64,000 bases of DNA from Candidatus Eiseniibacteriota bacterium (GTDB lineage Bacteria; Eisenbacteria; RBG-16-71-46), in contig OY970342.1 in NCBI GenBank assembly GCA_963717505.1, positions 64,001 through 128,000 of the forward strand, given 5' to 3'. The notes below the pieces were generated by a model that worked only from the letters and a program-made list of their open reading frames with translations, was not told the DNA's origin and ran no database searches. The stretch's first letter is position 1. Each line of letters starts with the position of its first letter. Made by a program: the position numbers and the translations under genes. Of the stretch, positions 50,025 to 59,271 are shown piece by piece.

Positions 50025-50756
50025 ATGCTCGGGATTCTCGCCTGGCGGGCGGCGGCGCACTTGCTGCGCGAGCGCACCTACGCCTCGCCCATCACGGTGC
50101 TGATCGTCACCATCAATCTGCTCGTCCACTTCTGCCTCAGCCTCGGCGGTGAGGAGCTGATCCTATGGGGCTGGCAATGGTTCGCCTTGTCGAGCACGTT
50201 GGTGCTCGAACAAGGTCAAGTATGGCGGGTCGTGACCAGCTCGTGGATTCACGCCGACTACGGTCACGTCTTCAGCAACTGTGTGGCGATCTTCGTCGTC
50301 GGCCTCGCCCTCGAGCCCGTCTTGGCGACTTGGAAGTTCGCACTTCTCTATGCCCTGGCGACCGTGACCGCCTCCGTGGTTTCTCTGGTGTGCGGCTACG
50401 ACTGGTCGGCCGGGGCCTCGGACGGCGCCTATGCCTTGATTGGCGCGATGCTGGTCGTGCCGGTGTGTAGGAAGCTTCGGCCAGCGCTCTTGCTTTGGGG
50501 CTTGATCGCCATCTTCGTGGCTAGCGACATGTCGGGGGAGTACGTGGACGACCAAGTCAACGTCGCCGCACACATCGCGGGGCTGGTGGTCGGCGTGCTG
50601 ATTGGCACCTGGTCCGGCCGCGGGGCCACAGAGCGCGAGTGGACCGAGGATGTGTCGCCGACCGAGCCGATGATCGACGCCGCTATGCGCGCGGGAACCA
50701 TTCGGCCCATGCCACGGCAACCCAGCTCTCGATTCCGCGTGCGCGGCCGAATCTGA
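50025..50756 (+). CDS. Rhomboid family intramembrane serine protease
   Basis: WR..TS...H....H...N; GASD (GxS); AHIAG. Confidence 0.85.
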   Translation: MLGILAWRAAAHLLRERTYASPITVLIVTINLLVHFCLSLGGEELILWGWQWFALSSTLVLEQGQVWRVVTSSWIHADYGHVFSNCVAIFVVGLALEPVLATWKFALLYALATVTASVVSLVCGYDWSAGASDGAYALIGAMLVVPVCRKLRPALLLWGLIAIFVASDMSGEYVDDQVNVAAHIAGLVVGVLIGTWSGRGATEREWTEDVSPTEPMIDAAMRAGTIRPMPRQPSSRFRVRGRI

Positions 50757-50923
50757 TCGGGTCGCACGTCCGACAACGAATCGGCCGAGCTCGGCCGCCG
50801 GCCGGTAACTTGCCGGCTCCAGACCTCACCGGCGTGCAATCTGCCGGGTGACCAACCGCCACTTCGGGGGTCCACCCCACCGCAAGTCGCGCAGTCACAA
50901 CGTCTCGTCGGAAATGCCATGCG

Positions 50924-50939
50924 AGGCCCGCATCTTGCA
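50924..50939 (+). promoter_or_regulatory. Putative sigma54 promoter AGGCCCG-N4-TTGCA
   Basis: GG(50925)-N10-GC(50937) with TTGC -12 element, in a 300-bp intergenic region. Confidence 0.5.
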
Positions 50940-51054
50940 TGACCCCTCGGCTCCAAACCCCTTCCCGCTCCTCGCCGATGGCAGGAGCGTTCACCTCATC
51001 GCGCGGCTGAACTCGGTCCCATGGCCCAGGGCGGCGCGTCCGGAGGAGCGTACG

Positions 51055-53733
51055 ATGCTCAAGAATCTGCTCGGGAATGGCTCCAAGGAAGTCGCCGAGG
51101 AGGCGCGCGCAATCCTGCAGGAAATCCGAAAGGAGCGCGATCGCTACGAAGCGCTGGTCGAAAGCGCACGCTCCGCGAGCGAGCGCCTGCAGGAACTCGG
51201 AGAGCCATTGGCTCAGGCGGTGAAAGAAGCCGACGCCGTGAGCGGGCGGATCAGCGAACTGGAGCAGCGCTTCGCCGCGATGGTGCAGGTGTCGCGTCAG
51301 TTCGAGACCCTCGACGAACGCGCCGAGATCCTCAAGCAGGATCAGGAGCGCGCCGAGACGCAGATCCACTCGGTCCTCGAGGACGCCCAGCAGATCAAGA
51401 ACGGGTTCGAAGAGACCCACATCAAGATCGACCAGGCGCTCGACCTCAAGGAGCGTCTCGAGTCCTTCATGGAGATCGAGAAGCCGTTCCAGCTGATCCG
51501 CGGCGAAGCCGAATCGATCCGCAGTCAGGTCGAAGGCACCGGCGAGCATCTGGCCCGGCTGCGCGAGCAGCACGAGCGCCTGATGGACGCGCACAAGCTG
51601 GCGGTCTCCAAGATGGAGGCCCTCGACCGTCGCGGTGAAGACCTCGGCCGTGCGCTCCAGGACAAGGAACGCCGGGTCACCGGCGTCGAGCAATCGGTCC
51701 AGGGAATCGACGGCATCCAGCAGACGGTCAACGACCTGCGTCGCGAGATCGGCACGCTCAAGGCCCTCGGCGACTCGGTCACCCAGAAGAGCGCGGCCCT
51801 CGAGGCGCAGCACGAGGCGATCGAGCGCGCCCTGACCCGCGCGGACAACTTGGACCGGGCGATGCGCCGCATCGACACCGGCCTGCAGCAAGCCCAGGAG
51901 CAGGAGAAACTTCTGGGCCAGATGCACGACCGGGTGCTCGGACTCCAGTCGCTCCACGAGTCGGTGCTCGAACGCTCGCGCGAGATCGATCAGCTCCAGC
52001 GCGAAACGGACGGCCAGGTGGTTTCGACCCGGCAGGATCTCGCCGCGATGCGCAACGAGATGAAGAACACGGTCGGGCACTTCGAGTTCGAGACCAAGGG
52101 CCTGGAATCGGTCAGCCAGCGGGTCGCCGACCTGCGCACCGCGCTCGGCGACTTCGAGGAGCGTTTCCGCAATCTGAACGAGTCGGCACAGACGGTCGCC
52201 ACCCTCACCGGCCAGACACAATCCGTTTCCGTGCGCCTGCAGACGCTGACCGACGAGCTGGCTCATGTCGGCGAGGAGGCTGGCAAGCTCCAGGGTATCC
52301 GCCGCGACGTCGAGGACATGAGCCGCACCGTGCGCGAGGCCGCGGGCCACGTGACGCGTATCGAGGAGTCGCGTCCAGCGGTCGAGTCCGCCCTGCGGGA
52401 CCTCGGCCAGCTCGGCAGCGTGCACGCCATGGTCCAGGACGCGCTCGAGCAAACGCGACTCGCCGACGGCGAGATCGCCCGTGTGCGCGAAGCCCAGAAC
52501 GAGACCCGGAACTGGCTCAACGGGATCGATCAGTCGGTGCGGGACGTGCGCGACCAGGTGCAAGACCTGCGACAGATGGCGCCGACCGTCGAGGCCGTAC
52601 TCAAGCAGGCGCAGCGGGCGAGCGAGGCCATGGCCGTGGTCGAGCAGCGCCGGGGCGTCGTCGAAGACGTTCAGCGCCGCATGTCGGACATCGAGCACCT
52701 GGGCAGCGCGCTCGACGACCGCAGCCAGCAGTTGGGGGCGCGGATGGAGGCGGCCGAGCGCCAGTTCGTGACGCTCGAGTCGCACGCCCAGGAAGCGGAT
52801 CGACTGGCCCAGGCGATCGCCGGCATCTCGAACGGAGTCGAGGAGGCGTTGCGCCGGGCGGAGAAGGCCGGCAAGCAGGTCACGACCGTCGAGTCGCGCT
52901 GCGAGTCGGTCGAAGGGCTCGCCGACCGGACCCGCGCGCTCAAGGAGGAGCTGGATCAGCGCCAGCGTGCGCTCGAGTCGGCGGCCGAAGACCTCAAGCG
53001 CTCCTCGAAACTGCGCCAGGAGGCCGCCGCCGCGGCCCAGGAACTGGACGAGTTGTCGAAGGGGCTGACCTCCTCACTCGCCTCATCCGACGAGCGCGCC
53101 GAGCGGTTGGAGTCCCTGACCGCCCAGCTCGAGGATCGAGGCGCCAACCTGACGCACGTCGAGAAGCGGCTGGATGCGTTCGAAGAGCGTCTGGTCAAAT
53201 GGGAGTTGGTGGATCAGGAGGTCACCCGGTCGCTCGAGCAGATCTCGGCGCGGCAGGGCACGGTCGAGTCGCTTTCGGCCGACCTCGAACGGATGTTCGC
53301 CACGGCCGAGAAGACCGCCTCGGACGTCCGCATGATCACGTCGTCGCAGCGCGAAATCGGCGAAACCCACCGCCAGCTGGAAGACGTCATGACCCGGCTG
53401 CGCGAGGTCCGCGAGACCGCGACCGCGCTCGACGAACGCAAGCGTCAGATGACCCGGGCCGAGGAGCGGCTCGCCCGCGCCGACGCCCTGTTGGTCGAGG
53501 TTCGCTCCAGCCTCGAGTCGCTGCAAGGTCAGAAGGCGGTGGTCGATCAGGCGATCGAGAAGGCCGGCTCGCTCAAGGTCCTGCTCAAGCAGGCCGAGGC
53601 GGTGATCGAGAGCCTGCGTGATGAGCGCAAGATGACCGCTGACATCCGAGCCGCTGTGGCACTCGTCCGCGAGGAAGACGACTACGGGGACGACGACTAC
53701 GAGGACAACGAGAAGCTGGCGAAAGCGGCCTGA
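51055..53733 (+). CDS. Very long coiled-coil cytoplasmic protein (892 aa), function unknown
   Basis: GGAGGAG RBS; E/R/L/Q/A-rich heptads throughout; almost no Pro; no TM or Walker A; acidic tail ending LAKAA. Confidence 0.85.
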   Translation: MLKNLLGNGSKEVAEEARAILQEIRKERDRYEALVESARSASERLQELGEPLAQAVKEADAVSGRISELEQRFAAMVQVSRQFETLDERAEILKQDQERAETQIHSVLEDAQQIKNGFEETHIKIDQALDLKERLESFMEIEKPFQLIRGEAESIRSQVEGTGEHLARLREQHERLMDAHKLAVSKMEALDRRGEDLGRALQDKERRVTGVEQSVQGIDGIQQTVNDLRREIGTLKALGDSVTQKSAALEAQHEAIERALTRADNLDRAMRRIDTGLQQAQEQEKLLGQMHDRVLGLQSLHESVLERSREIDQLQRETDGQVVSTRQDLAAMRNEMKNTVGHFEFETKGLESVSQRVADLRTALGDFEERFRNLNESAQTVATLTGQTQSVSVRLQTLTDELAHVGEEAGKLQGIRRDVEDMSRTVREAAGHVTRIEESRPAVESALRDLGQLGSVHAMVQDALEQTRLADGEIARVREAQNETRNWLNGIDQSVRDVRDQVQDLRQMAPTVEAVLKQAQRASEAMAVVEQRRGVVEDVQRRMSDIEHLGSALDDRSQQLGARMEAAERQFVTLESHAQEADRLAQAIAGISNGVEEALRRAEKAGKQVTTVESRCESVEGLADRTRALKEELDQRQRALESAAEDLKRSSKLRQEAAAAAQELDELSKGLTSSLASSDERAERLESLTAQLEDRGANLTHVEKRLDAFEERLVKWELVDQEVTRSLEQISARQGTVESLSADLERMFATAEKTASDVRMITSSQREIGETHRQLEDVMTRLREVRETATALDERKRQMTRAEERLARADALLVEVRSSLESLQGQKAVVDQAIEKAGSLKVLLKQAEAVIESLRDERKMTADIRAAVALVREEDDYGDDDYEDNEKLAKAA

Positions 53734-53756
53734 GCCCGAAACCGAAGAGAGAAGGA

Positions 53757-53786
53757 CGAAGGCGGCCTGATTCTAGGCCGCCTTCG
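53757..53786. terminator. Perfect 12-bp hairpin between convergent genes
   Basis: CGAAGGCGGCCT-gattct-AGGCCGCCTTCG. Confidence 0.55.
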
Positions 53787-54291
53787 CGTCGTCCGGGCGA
53801 TCGAGGAGCCAGTCGGCGGCGCTCAGGGACCAGACCAGCAGATCGTCCACGTCGAGCGGCAGCCGGATGTCCTCACCGATGATTCGCTCCTCGGAGCCAA
53901 AGCGGAACATCCCGCGCTTCCAGCGCATAGCCGCCAGGATGACGTGGCGCTGAACCAGGAGCATCGCCTCGCGCATCTGGGCTTCGGTCAGCACATCATT
54001 GTCGACCAGCATTCGGCCGATTCGGGCTCCCGGGCTGTCCTGCTGGATCGCGAGCACGAACTCGATGGCCTCGGGCGGGAGTTCCCCGCGCCGCACCAGG
54101 ATTTCTCCGATCCGAAGCGCGCTGACGTTGGTCCGGGCGAACATGGACCGGCCGTCCTCGACGTAGATCTCGGTGCGCTGGTCGCCCCGCTCGAGCTGCA
54201 GACAACCCGTGGCCCGGCTGGATTGCAGGAACCGGAGGACCTGAGCCAAACCGAAGTAGGCGAGCGATCCGGACAGGACTTGCGTAGCCAT
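53773..54291 (-). CDS. DUF4388 (PatA N-terminal/PATAN-like) protein with embedded MshEN-like motif
   Basis: LSGSL..FGL..VL..L......TG.L.L; RIGEILVRRG...Q...RIGRMLV; W..G.F.F. Confidence 0.85.
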   Translation of the reverse strand: MATQVLSGSLAYFGLAQVLRFLQSSRATGCLQLERGDQRTEIYVEDGRSMFARTNVSALRIGEILVRRGELPPEAIEFVLAIQQDSPGARIGRMLVDNDVLTEAQMREAMLLVQRHVILAAMRWKRGMFRFGSEERIIGEDIRLPLDVDDLLVWSLSAADWLLDRPDDAKAA

Positions 54292-54470
54292 CGAGAGTTC
54301 CTCGAGCGCGGTGGGGAATGCGACTGTCTTCCCGGGAGGAATCGGCAGATTGCCCCATGGTCTGGAGAGGTTTCCCCCTCGGGCGCGAGCTTCCACAAGG
54401 TGTGGCACAGTGTGCGGGCCCCGGCGATCTTCCGGGGCGTAGCACCGCGGATCCGGCTTCTGGAGGCCCC

Positions 54471-55286
54471 ATGACCACCGAGAAGGACTATGTCCTCGGC
54501 ACCCACGACGCCGAGCTCTGGCGCTTGGGCCTGCAACACCGAATTTGGCGTCCACGCGCCACCGACGCGTGGAGACGCGCAGGGTTCACGCTCGGCCAGA
54601 CGCTGCTCGACGTCGGCTGTGGTCCAGGGTACGCCACGCTCGATCTGGCGGAGTGGGTCGGTACCTCGGGGCGCGTGATCGCCCTCGATCGGTCGCGGCG
54701 TTTTCTCGACGCGCTCGCCGACCGCGCCCGCGCTCGTGGGTTCGACAACTTCACGGTCCACGAGCTGGACTTCGACGAGCAGCCCTTCCCCGACGTTCGA
54801 GCCGACGGCGCCTGGTCGCGATGGATCTATGCGTTCGTGCGCCATCCGCGCCGGCTCCTGGAACGGGTGGCCGCGACCCTGCGGCCGGGCGGAACGATGG
54901 TGTTCCACGAATATGTCGACTACCGCGCGTGGCGGCTGTCGCCCCGCAGCCCGCTATTCGAGGCGTTCGTCGAGGAAGTCATCGCGTCGTGGCGCGCGAG
55001 CGGCGGCGAGCCCGACATCGGTCTCGACCTGCCGCGCTGGCTCGAGGAGTTGGGCTTCGAGTTGCGCGAGCTGAGGCCGATCACCGAAGTCGCCCGTCCG
55101 GGCGACGATTTATGGCACTGGCCGAGGATCTTCGTCGAGATCGGCCTCCAGCGCCTGGTCGACCTCGGCCGCATCGACGCGGCCCGAGCGCGCGACATGC
55201 ACCATGCGTTCATCGACACCGGGACGACCCTCGGCGGCTTCTGCCTGACTCCCACCGTACTCGAGATTATCGCGCGCAAGCGCTGA
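54471..55286 (+). CDS. Class I SAM-dependent methyltransferase
   Basis: YVLG...E..RL..QH; LDVGCGPG; LRPGG. Confidence 0.9.
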   Translation: MTTEKDYVLGTHDAELWRLGLQHRIWRPRATDAWRRAGFTLGQTLLDVGCGPGYATLDLAEWVGTSGRVIALDRSRRFLDALADRARARGFDNFTVHELDFDEQPFPDVRADGAWSRWIYAFVRHPRRLLERVAATLRPGGTMVFHEYVDYRAWRLSPRSPLFEAFVEEVIASWRASGGEPDIGLDLPRWLEELGFELRELRPITEVARPGDDLWHWPRIFVEIGLQRLVDLGRIDAARARDMHHAFIDTGTTLGGFCLTPTVLEIIARKR

Positions 55287-55293
55287 TCGCGTT

Positions 55294-56298
55294 TCAGCGC
55301 AGCACGGGCGCCAGCCACTCCTCGAACGCGGACTCGGTCAGACGGGTGGGCGTATAGCCGCGCACCAATCCGTTGCGGTCGATGAACACGAAGGTCGGAG
55401 TGCTCGAGCCGCCGTAGCGCTCCATCGAGACCGTGCTGAAGAGGCGGGGAATCGGCCCGAGGTCGGAATAGACCGCGGTCCACACGCTGTCGACGCGCGC
55501 CTTCTCGCGCGGTCGGTCGGGGACTTCGTCGTAGAAGCGCGTCAGGGCGATCACCTGCAAACTATCCCTTTCGTGCTGCTTGCGGACGCGTGCGAGTGTC
55601 GCCGCCTGAGCCTTGCAATCGCCGCACCATTCCGCCCACAGGAAGAGCACGACCGGCTTGCCGCGGAGCGAGGCCAGGGATGGCGGCGGCTCGCCGAGGT
55701 GGTCCTCGACCACCAGCTCGGGCGCCAGCACGCCCGTGAGCGTCAACAAGTTGAGTCGCTTTTGGAGCCGCGAGCGCAGTGCGGCCGGGCCGCGAATGCC
55801 GGCGATCTCGCGGCGCACGAACTCGGCCGCGGCGCCGGCATCCTTGCTGCGCTGCAGGATCTGCGCCTCGACCTCGATCGCCGCCCCCAATGCCGTCTCG
55901 ACGTCATGATCCTTCTCGAGATCGACCCCGGCGGCGAGTCGGGCATCGCAGCGCGCGCGCACATCGCCGACGTAACGCCTGGCCTTCGGCAGATCGCCGA
56001 GCAGCAACGCACCGCGAGCCAGCCAGGAAAGCCCGGCGAGGTAGGGGCCGTCCTCGCCGTACTGGGCTCGATGGACCTCGAGGACCGATTCGGCGCTCAA
56101 CAGGTCGCCGGCCGAGATCTTGTTCCGGATCCCGCTGTTCGGGGACGGCGGTCGCGCCGGAGCCTTGGCCGTGTCGGGCGGGGCGGCCGTCAATGAGCGA
56201 GTCGTGTCGGGCGCGGTGACCGGCGGAACCGGAACCTGCGCCAGCGCCAGGGACGAAACCGCAAGGGCGCACCAAAGCGTCGCCCAGCACCATCGCAT
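55294..56298 (-). CDS. TlpA-family thiol:disulfide oxidoreductase with helical N-terminal region, exported
   Basis: LRGKPVVLFLWAEWCGDC; TPTFVFIDRNG; signal peptide; GGAGG RBS. Confidence 0.85.
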   Translation of the reverse strand: MRWCWATLWCALAVSSLALAQVPVPPVTAPDTTRSLTAAPPDTAKAPARPPSPNSGIRNKISAGDLLSAESVLEVHRAQYGEDGPYLAGLSWLARGALLLGDLPKARRYVGDVRARCDARLAAGVDLEKDHDVETALGAAIEVEAQILQRSKDAGAAAEFVRREIAGIRGPAALRSRLQKRLNLLTLTGVLAPELVVEDHLGEPPPSLASLRGKPVVLFLWAEWCGDCKAQAATLARVRKQHERDSLQVIALTRFYDEVPDRPREKARVDSVWTAVYSDLGPIPRLFSTVSMERYGGSSTPTFVFIDRNGLVRGYTPTRLTESAFEEWLAPVLR

Positions 56299-56396
56299 CG
56301 AGTGCAGCCTCCAAAGGAGAACGGGACGGCAGCGACGTGCCGCCATCCCGTTCACACTCTACACCACCGCCCCGAACAGCGCGGCGGCTTCGGATG

Positions 56397-56957
56397 CTAG
56401 GAAACCGTTGCCCGGCGACGGCGGGTGTATGGCACACCGATGCCGGCGAGCCCCACCGCCAGGAAGCTCAGGGCAACGGGTGACACGCCCGGCAGCGGCA
56501 CGCCCAAGTTCTCGACTTGGTCTCGCACCTGGCCGGACGGATTGTTCGCAGTGCGTACGTTGACGTAGGTCAGACCCGAGTTGAGCAGGTTCCTCTCCGC
56601 CGAATCGGGGTACGCGGCGACGCCGGTGAAGATCCCGGAGCCGGGCGGCGTCTGCGTGAAGGTGATCTTGACCGGAGCCGCGAAGCCCACATTGTTGTAC
56701 GCGTGAATGTGCGCCGCCGTGACGGTTCCGCTCATTCCGGTCGCGGCGATGTTGTAAGTGACTGTGTTGGCGACGGTGTCGTAGGTCAGGGTGCCGGTGG
56801 CGGTGCCGCCCGAGGGGCTGGGTGGCGCCGGGACTTCCTGCGCTTCGGTGGCGACGACGTTGTAGGTGACCTGGATCGCGTGCGCGGTCCCAACCGACGC
56901 GAGCACTGCGATCGGGACCAGCAAGGCGAGGGCATGGCGGGATTGGCGTAGCTCCAT
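56397..56957 (-). CDS. CHRD-domain protein with C-terminal sorting-like segment
   Basis: QEVP, AHIH, YVNVRT..NPSGQVRDQ; tail VPLPG + hydrophobic segment + RRRR; AAGGAGG RBS. Confidence 0.8.
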   Translation of the reverse strand: MELRQSRHALALLVPIAVLASVGTAHAIQVTYNVVATEAQEVPAPPSPSGGTATGTLTYDTVANTVTYNIAATGMSGTVTAAHIHAYNNVGFAAPVKITFTQTPPGSGIFTGVAAYPDSAERNLLNSGLTYVNVRTANNPSGQVRDQVENLGVPLPGVSPVALSFLAVGLAGIGVPYTRRRRATVS

Positions 56958-57022
56958 AGGAACCTCCTTATCAACCCAGTGCTGCAGCCCATCGTGGGAA
57001 ACCAGCGATCATTGGCGTAATT

Positions 57023-57916
57023 CTACCGTGGATTCACGGGCCGCACCACGGTGATCCCGATGTTCGACTGCGGCCCGCGCGCCAAATAGTCGCTGATCCG
57101 GCCATCGACCATCACGCGCCGGTTCTTGGACGAGGCGTGTACGAAACGGGCCACTCCGGCCTCGTCCAGCACCACGAGTCCGGTGTGCGAGTAGTCGAGG
57201 CCGCGGATCGAGGTCGCGATCGCCACCAGATCGCCGGTATGGAGCTTCGACTCGATGCCCGCGACCCGCGACCGAGGCACGTACAGGCGCGGAACGCGGC
57301 TCACGCGCTTCTCGATCTCGCGTATGGCGGGAACCATCGCCGGATCCGTTTGCAGCGCGGGATAGCTCTGCGGATGCGTCGACATGAAGTCGAGCGAAAG
57401 CGGCAACGTGACGCCTCCGAGCCCCAGGGTGACATCCTCGACCACCCCCTTGGCGATGTTGTCCGCGATCCATTCCGAGGTGTAGTGGAGCCGCGACGCA
57501 TAGCCTTCGATACGCCCCCGGCGATAGCGCGTCTTGGTGATCGCGGCCTCGAGGTCCGCGGCACCGGGCCTCGAGCCACCCGGGCGAACGATCCGCCCGA
57601 GGTTCAGGCACAGCTCCATGAACGTGACGCAGTCGTACCCGCGCGTCGTGATGCGGCAGACTTCGGGGCCCGGACCCTCGAGCGTGCCTTCGAGGTACGG
57701 CGCGCCGGCGAGCGCGCGCGCGAAACGACCGACTCGTTCGCCGATCGCGAGCGACTCCCACCGGTTCGCGAAGCCGACCTCGATCAGGCTGTCGAGATCG
57801 GCCCGCGTCTGGGGCGTCACGGCCTGCGCGGCCGTCGGATCGGGCGCAGTCGGCTCGGATTGAGCGTGAGCGCCGCCCACCGCGATCGCGACCGCGAGCC
57901 AGACGAAGCGTTTCAT
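57023..57916 (-). CDS. DUF1460 (NlpC/P60-like) N-acetylmuramoyl-L-alanine amidase-like protein
   Basis: G.PY...TLE, DCVTF, RY..G....Y.SRLHY.SEW, GLD.SHTG, HASS. Confidence 0.88.
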   Translation of the reverse strand: MKRFVWLAVAIAVGGAHAQSEPTAPDPTAAQAVTPQTRADLDSLIEVGFANRWESLAIGERVGRFARALAGAPYLEGTLEGPGPEVCRITTRGYDCVTFMELCLNLGRIVRPGGSRPGAADLEAAITKTRYRRGRIEGYASRLHYTSEWIADNIAKGVVEDVTLGLGGVTLPLSLDFMSTHPQSYPALQTDPAMVPAIREIEKRVSRVPRLYVPRSRVAGIESKLHTGDLVAIATSIRGLDYSHTGLVVLDEAGVARFVHASSKNRRVMVDGRISDYLARGPQSNIGITVVRPVNPR

Positions 57917-59175
57917 GGCGTGGGCGGCGCGGGGGTCCGCGCGGCCGGCACGACGTCGGCGACTGCGATCGCCGGCGGAACCGCCGCCGCGAACTCGGTA
58001 ACCGGCGCGCCACTGGCCGCCGGAGCAAAACGCAGGTGGCGTGTGTCGGGCAGCGTGAACGCCAGCGCCAAACCGACCACCAGTGCGCTCGCGAGCGCAC
58101 CCATCGCGACCGTGACGCTGGTGGCGTCGGCCAGAGCCCCGATCGGCGTCATCAGCAGCATCGACACGCCCCATGCCGCGCCCATGATCAAGCTCGACAC
58201 CGTCGAGACGTGACGCGGGGCCAGCTCCTGGCCCATGACCACCATGACCGGCAGCGACATCTGGAGCAGGAAACCGCCGACCACCACTGAAGCCAGGCCG
58301 AGCATGTCGGGCAGGAACAGGAATGCGAAGTAGAACGGGATCGCCCCCGCGAGCGAGACGATCACGACATTGCGCCGCCCGATTCGGTCCGAGAGCCAGC
58401 CACCGAAGAACGTACCGATGGCGCCCGCGGTCAGATAGGCGCTCACCGCCAGTCCGCCGAACTCGAACGCGTGGCCGCGGCGGCTCAAGTAGATGGGCAG
58501 GAACGTCATGAAGCCGTAGCTCGCGGCATATCGGCACACGGTCGTGAAGTAGAGCGTCGCGATGTGGCCCGCGACCGGCGCCAGCTCGCGCAAAGGCGCG
58601 CGCGGCATGGCGTGGTGCTCGAGGGGTGGCATGCGCGAGAACCAGAGTGCGAGCGGAATCGTGACCGCGATGCCGCTGATCCCCCAGATCCAGGTGCGCT
58701 CGAGACCGAGCACGCTCGCGAACATCACCGCGATCAAGGGACCGACCGAGAACCCGACCGTGCCCCCTCCGACGAAAATCGACATCGCGAGTCCGCGACG
58801 CGGCAGCAAGGTGCTCGCCGCCACCGCAGCCTGCGGGTGGAACGCGGCGACCCCGACTCCCCCGAGGATCAGCAGTGCCACCAGCGTCCAGTAGTTGGGA
58901 GCAAGACCGACGCCACACAGGAACACGGCGGCAACCAGCGGCCCGAAAGCCACGAACCACGGGCGGCGGAGGCGATCGGCCCACAACCCGAACAACGGCT
59001 GGGCGAGCGAGGAGGACAGCGACGAGAAGGCGACCACTGAGCCCACCAGCGTCAAGTTCAGCCCGAGCTTCTCGATCAACAGCGGATAGAGCGGGGCGAT
59101 GAAACTGGAGCAGCTGTCGATGACGAAGTGCGCAAGCGCGATCAGCGCCAGGCGCGGAGTCAGGAAGCGACGCAC
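57913..59175 (-). CDS. MFS transporter (Fsr-like)
   Basis: AHF..D, QPLFG..AD, AFHP, S.F..GG..G, GGWLSDRIGRR. Confidence 0.9.
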   Translation of the reverse strand: MRRFLTPRLALIALAHFVIDSCSSFIAPLYPLLIEKLGLNLTLVGSVVAFSSLSSSLAQPLFGLWADRLRRPWFVAFGPLVAAVFLCGVGLAPNYWTLVALLILGGVGVAAFHPQAAVAASTLLPRRGLAMSIFVGGGTVGFSVGPLIAVMFASVLGLERTWIWGISGIAVTIPLALWFSRMPPLEHHAMPRAPLRELAPVAGHIATLYFTTVCRYAASYGFMTFLPIYLSRRGHAFEFGGLAVSAYLTAGAIGTFFGGWLSDRIGRRNVVIVSLAGAIPFYFAFLFLPDMLGLASVVVGGFLLQMSLPVMVVMGQELAPRHVSTVSSLIMGAAWGVSMLLMTPIGALADATSVTVAMGALASALVVGLALAFTLPDTRHLRFAPAASGAPVTEFAAAVPPAIAVADVVPAARTPAPPTP

Positions 59176-59271
59176 CGGCGCAGAGTAGCACGCCGCGCAG
59201 CGTGCCGCGGGCCCGCGGCCGATTTCGGACCCGCCCAGGAGCGTCGGGTTTATTACGCGAGGCCGGAGACG

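Noticed and set aside
50683-52785. Long antisense or alternative-frame ORFs (this 700-aa one, also 23922-25679, 40497-42257, 60802-62523 and many R/P/A-rich ORFs)
   Set aside because: They are shadow ORFs of well-supported genes, expected in high-GC DNA, and carry no family motifs
51055-53733. SMC, chemoreceptor or tape-measure identity for the coiled-coil protein
   Set aside because: No Walker motifs, hinge, MCP hairpin signature or phage context
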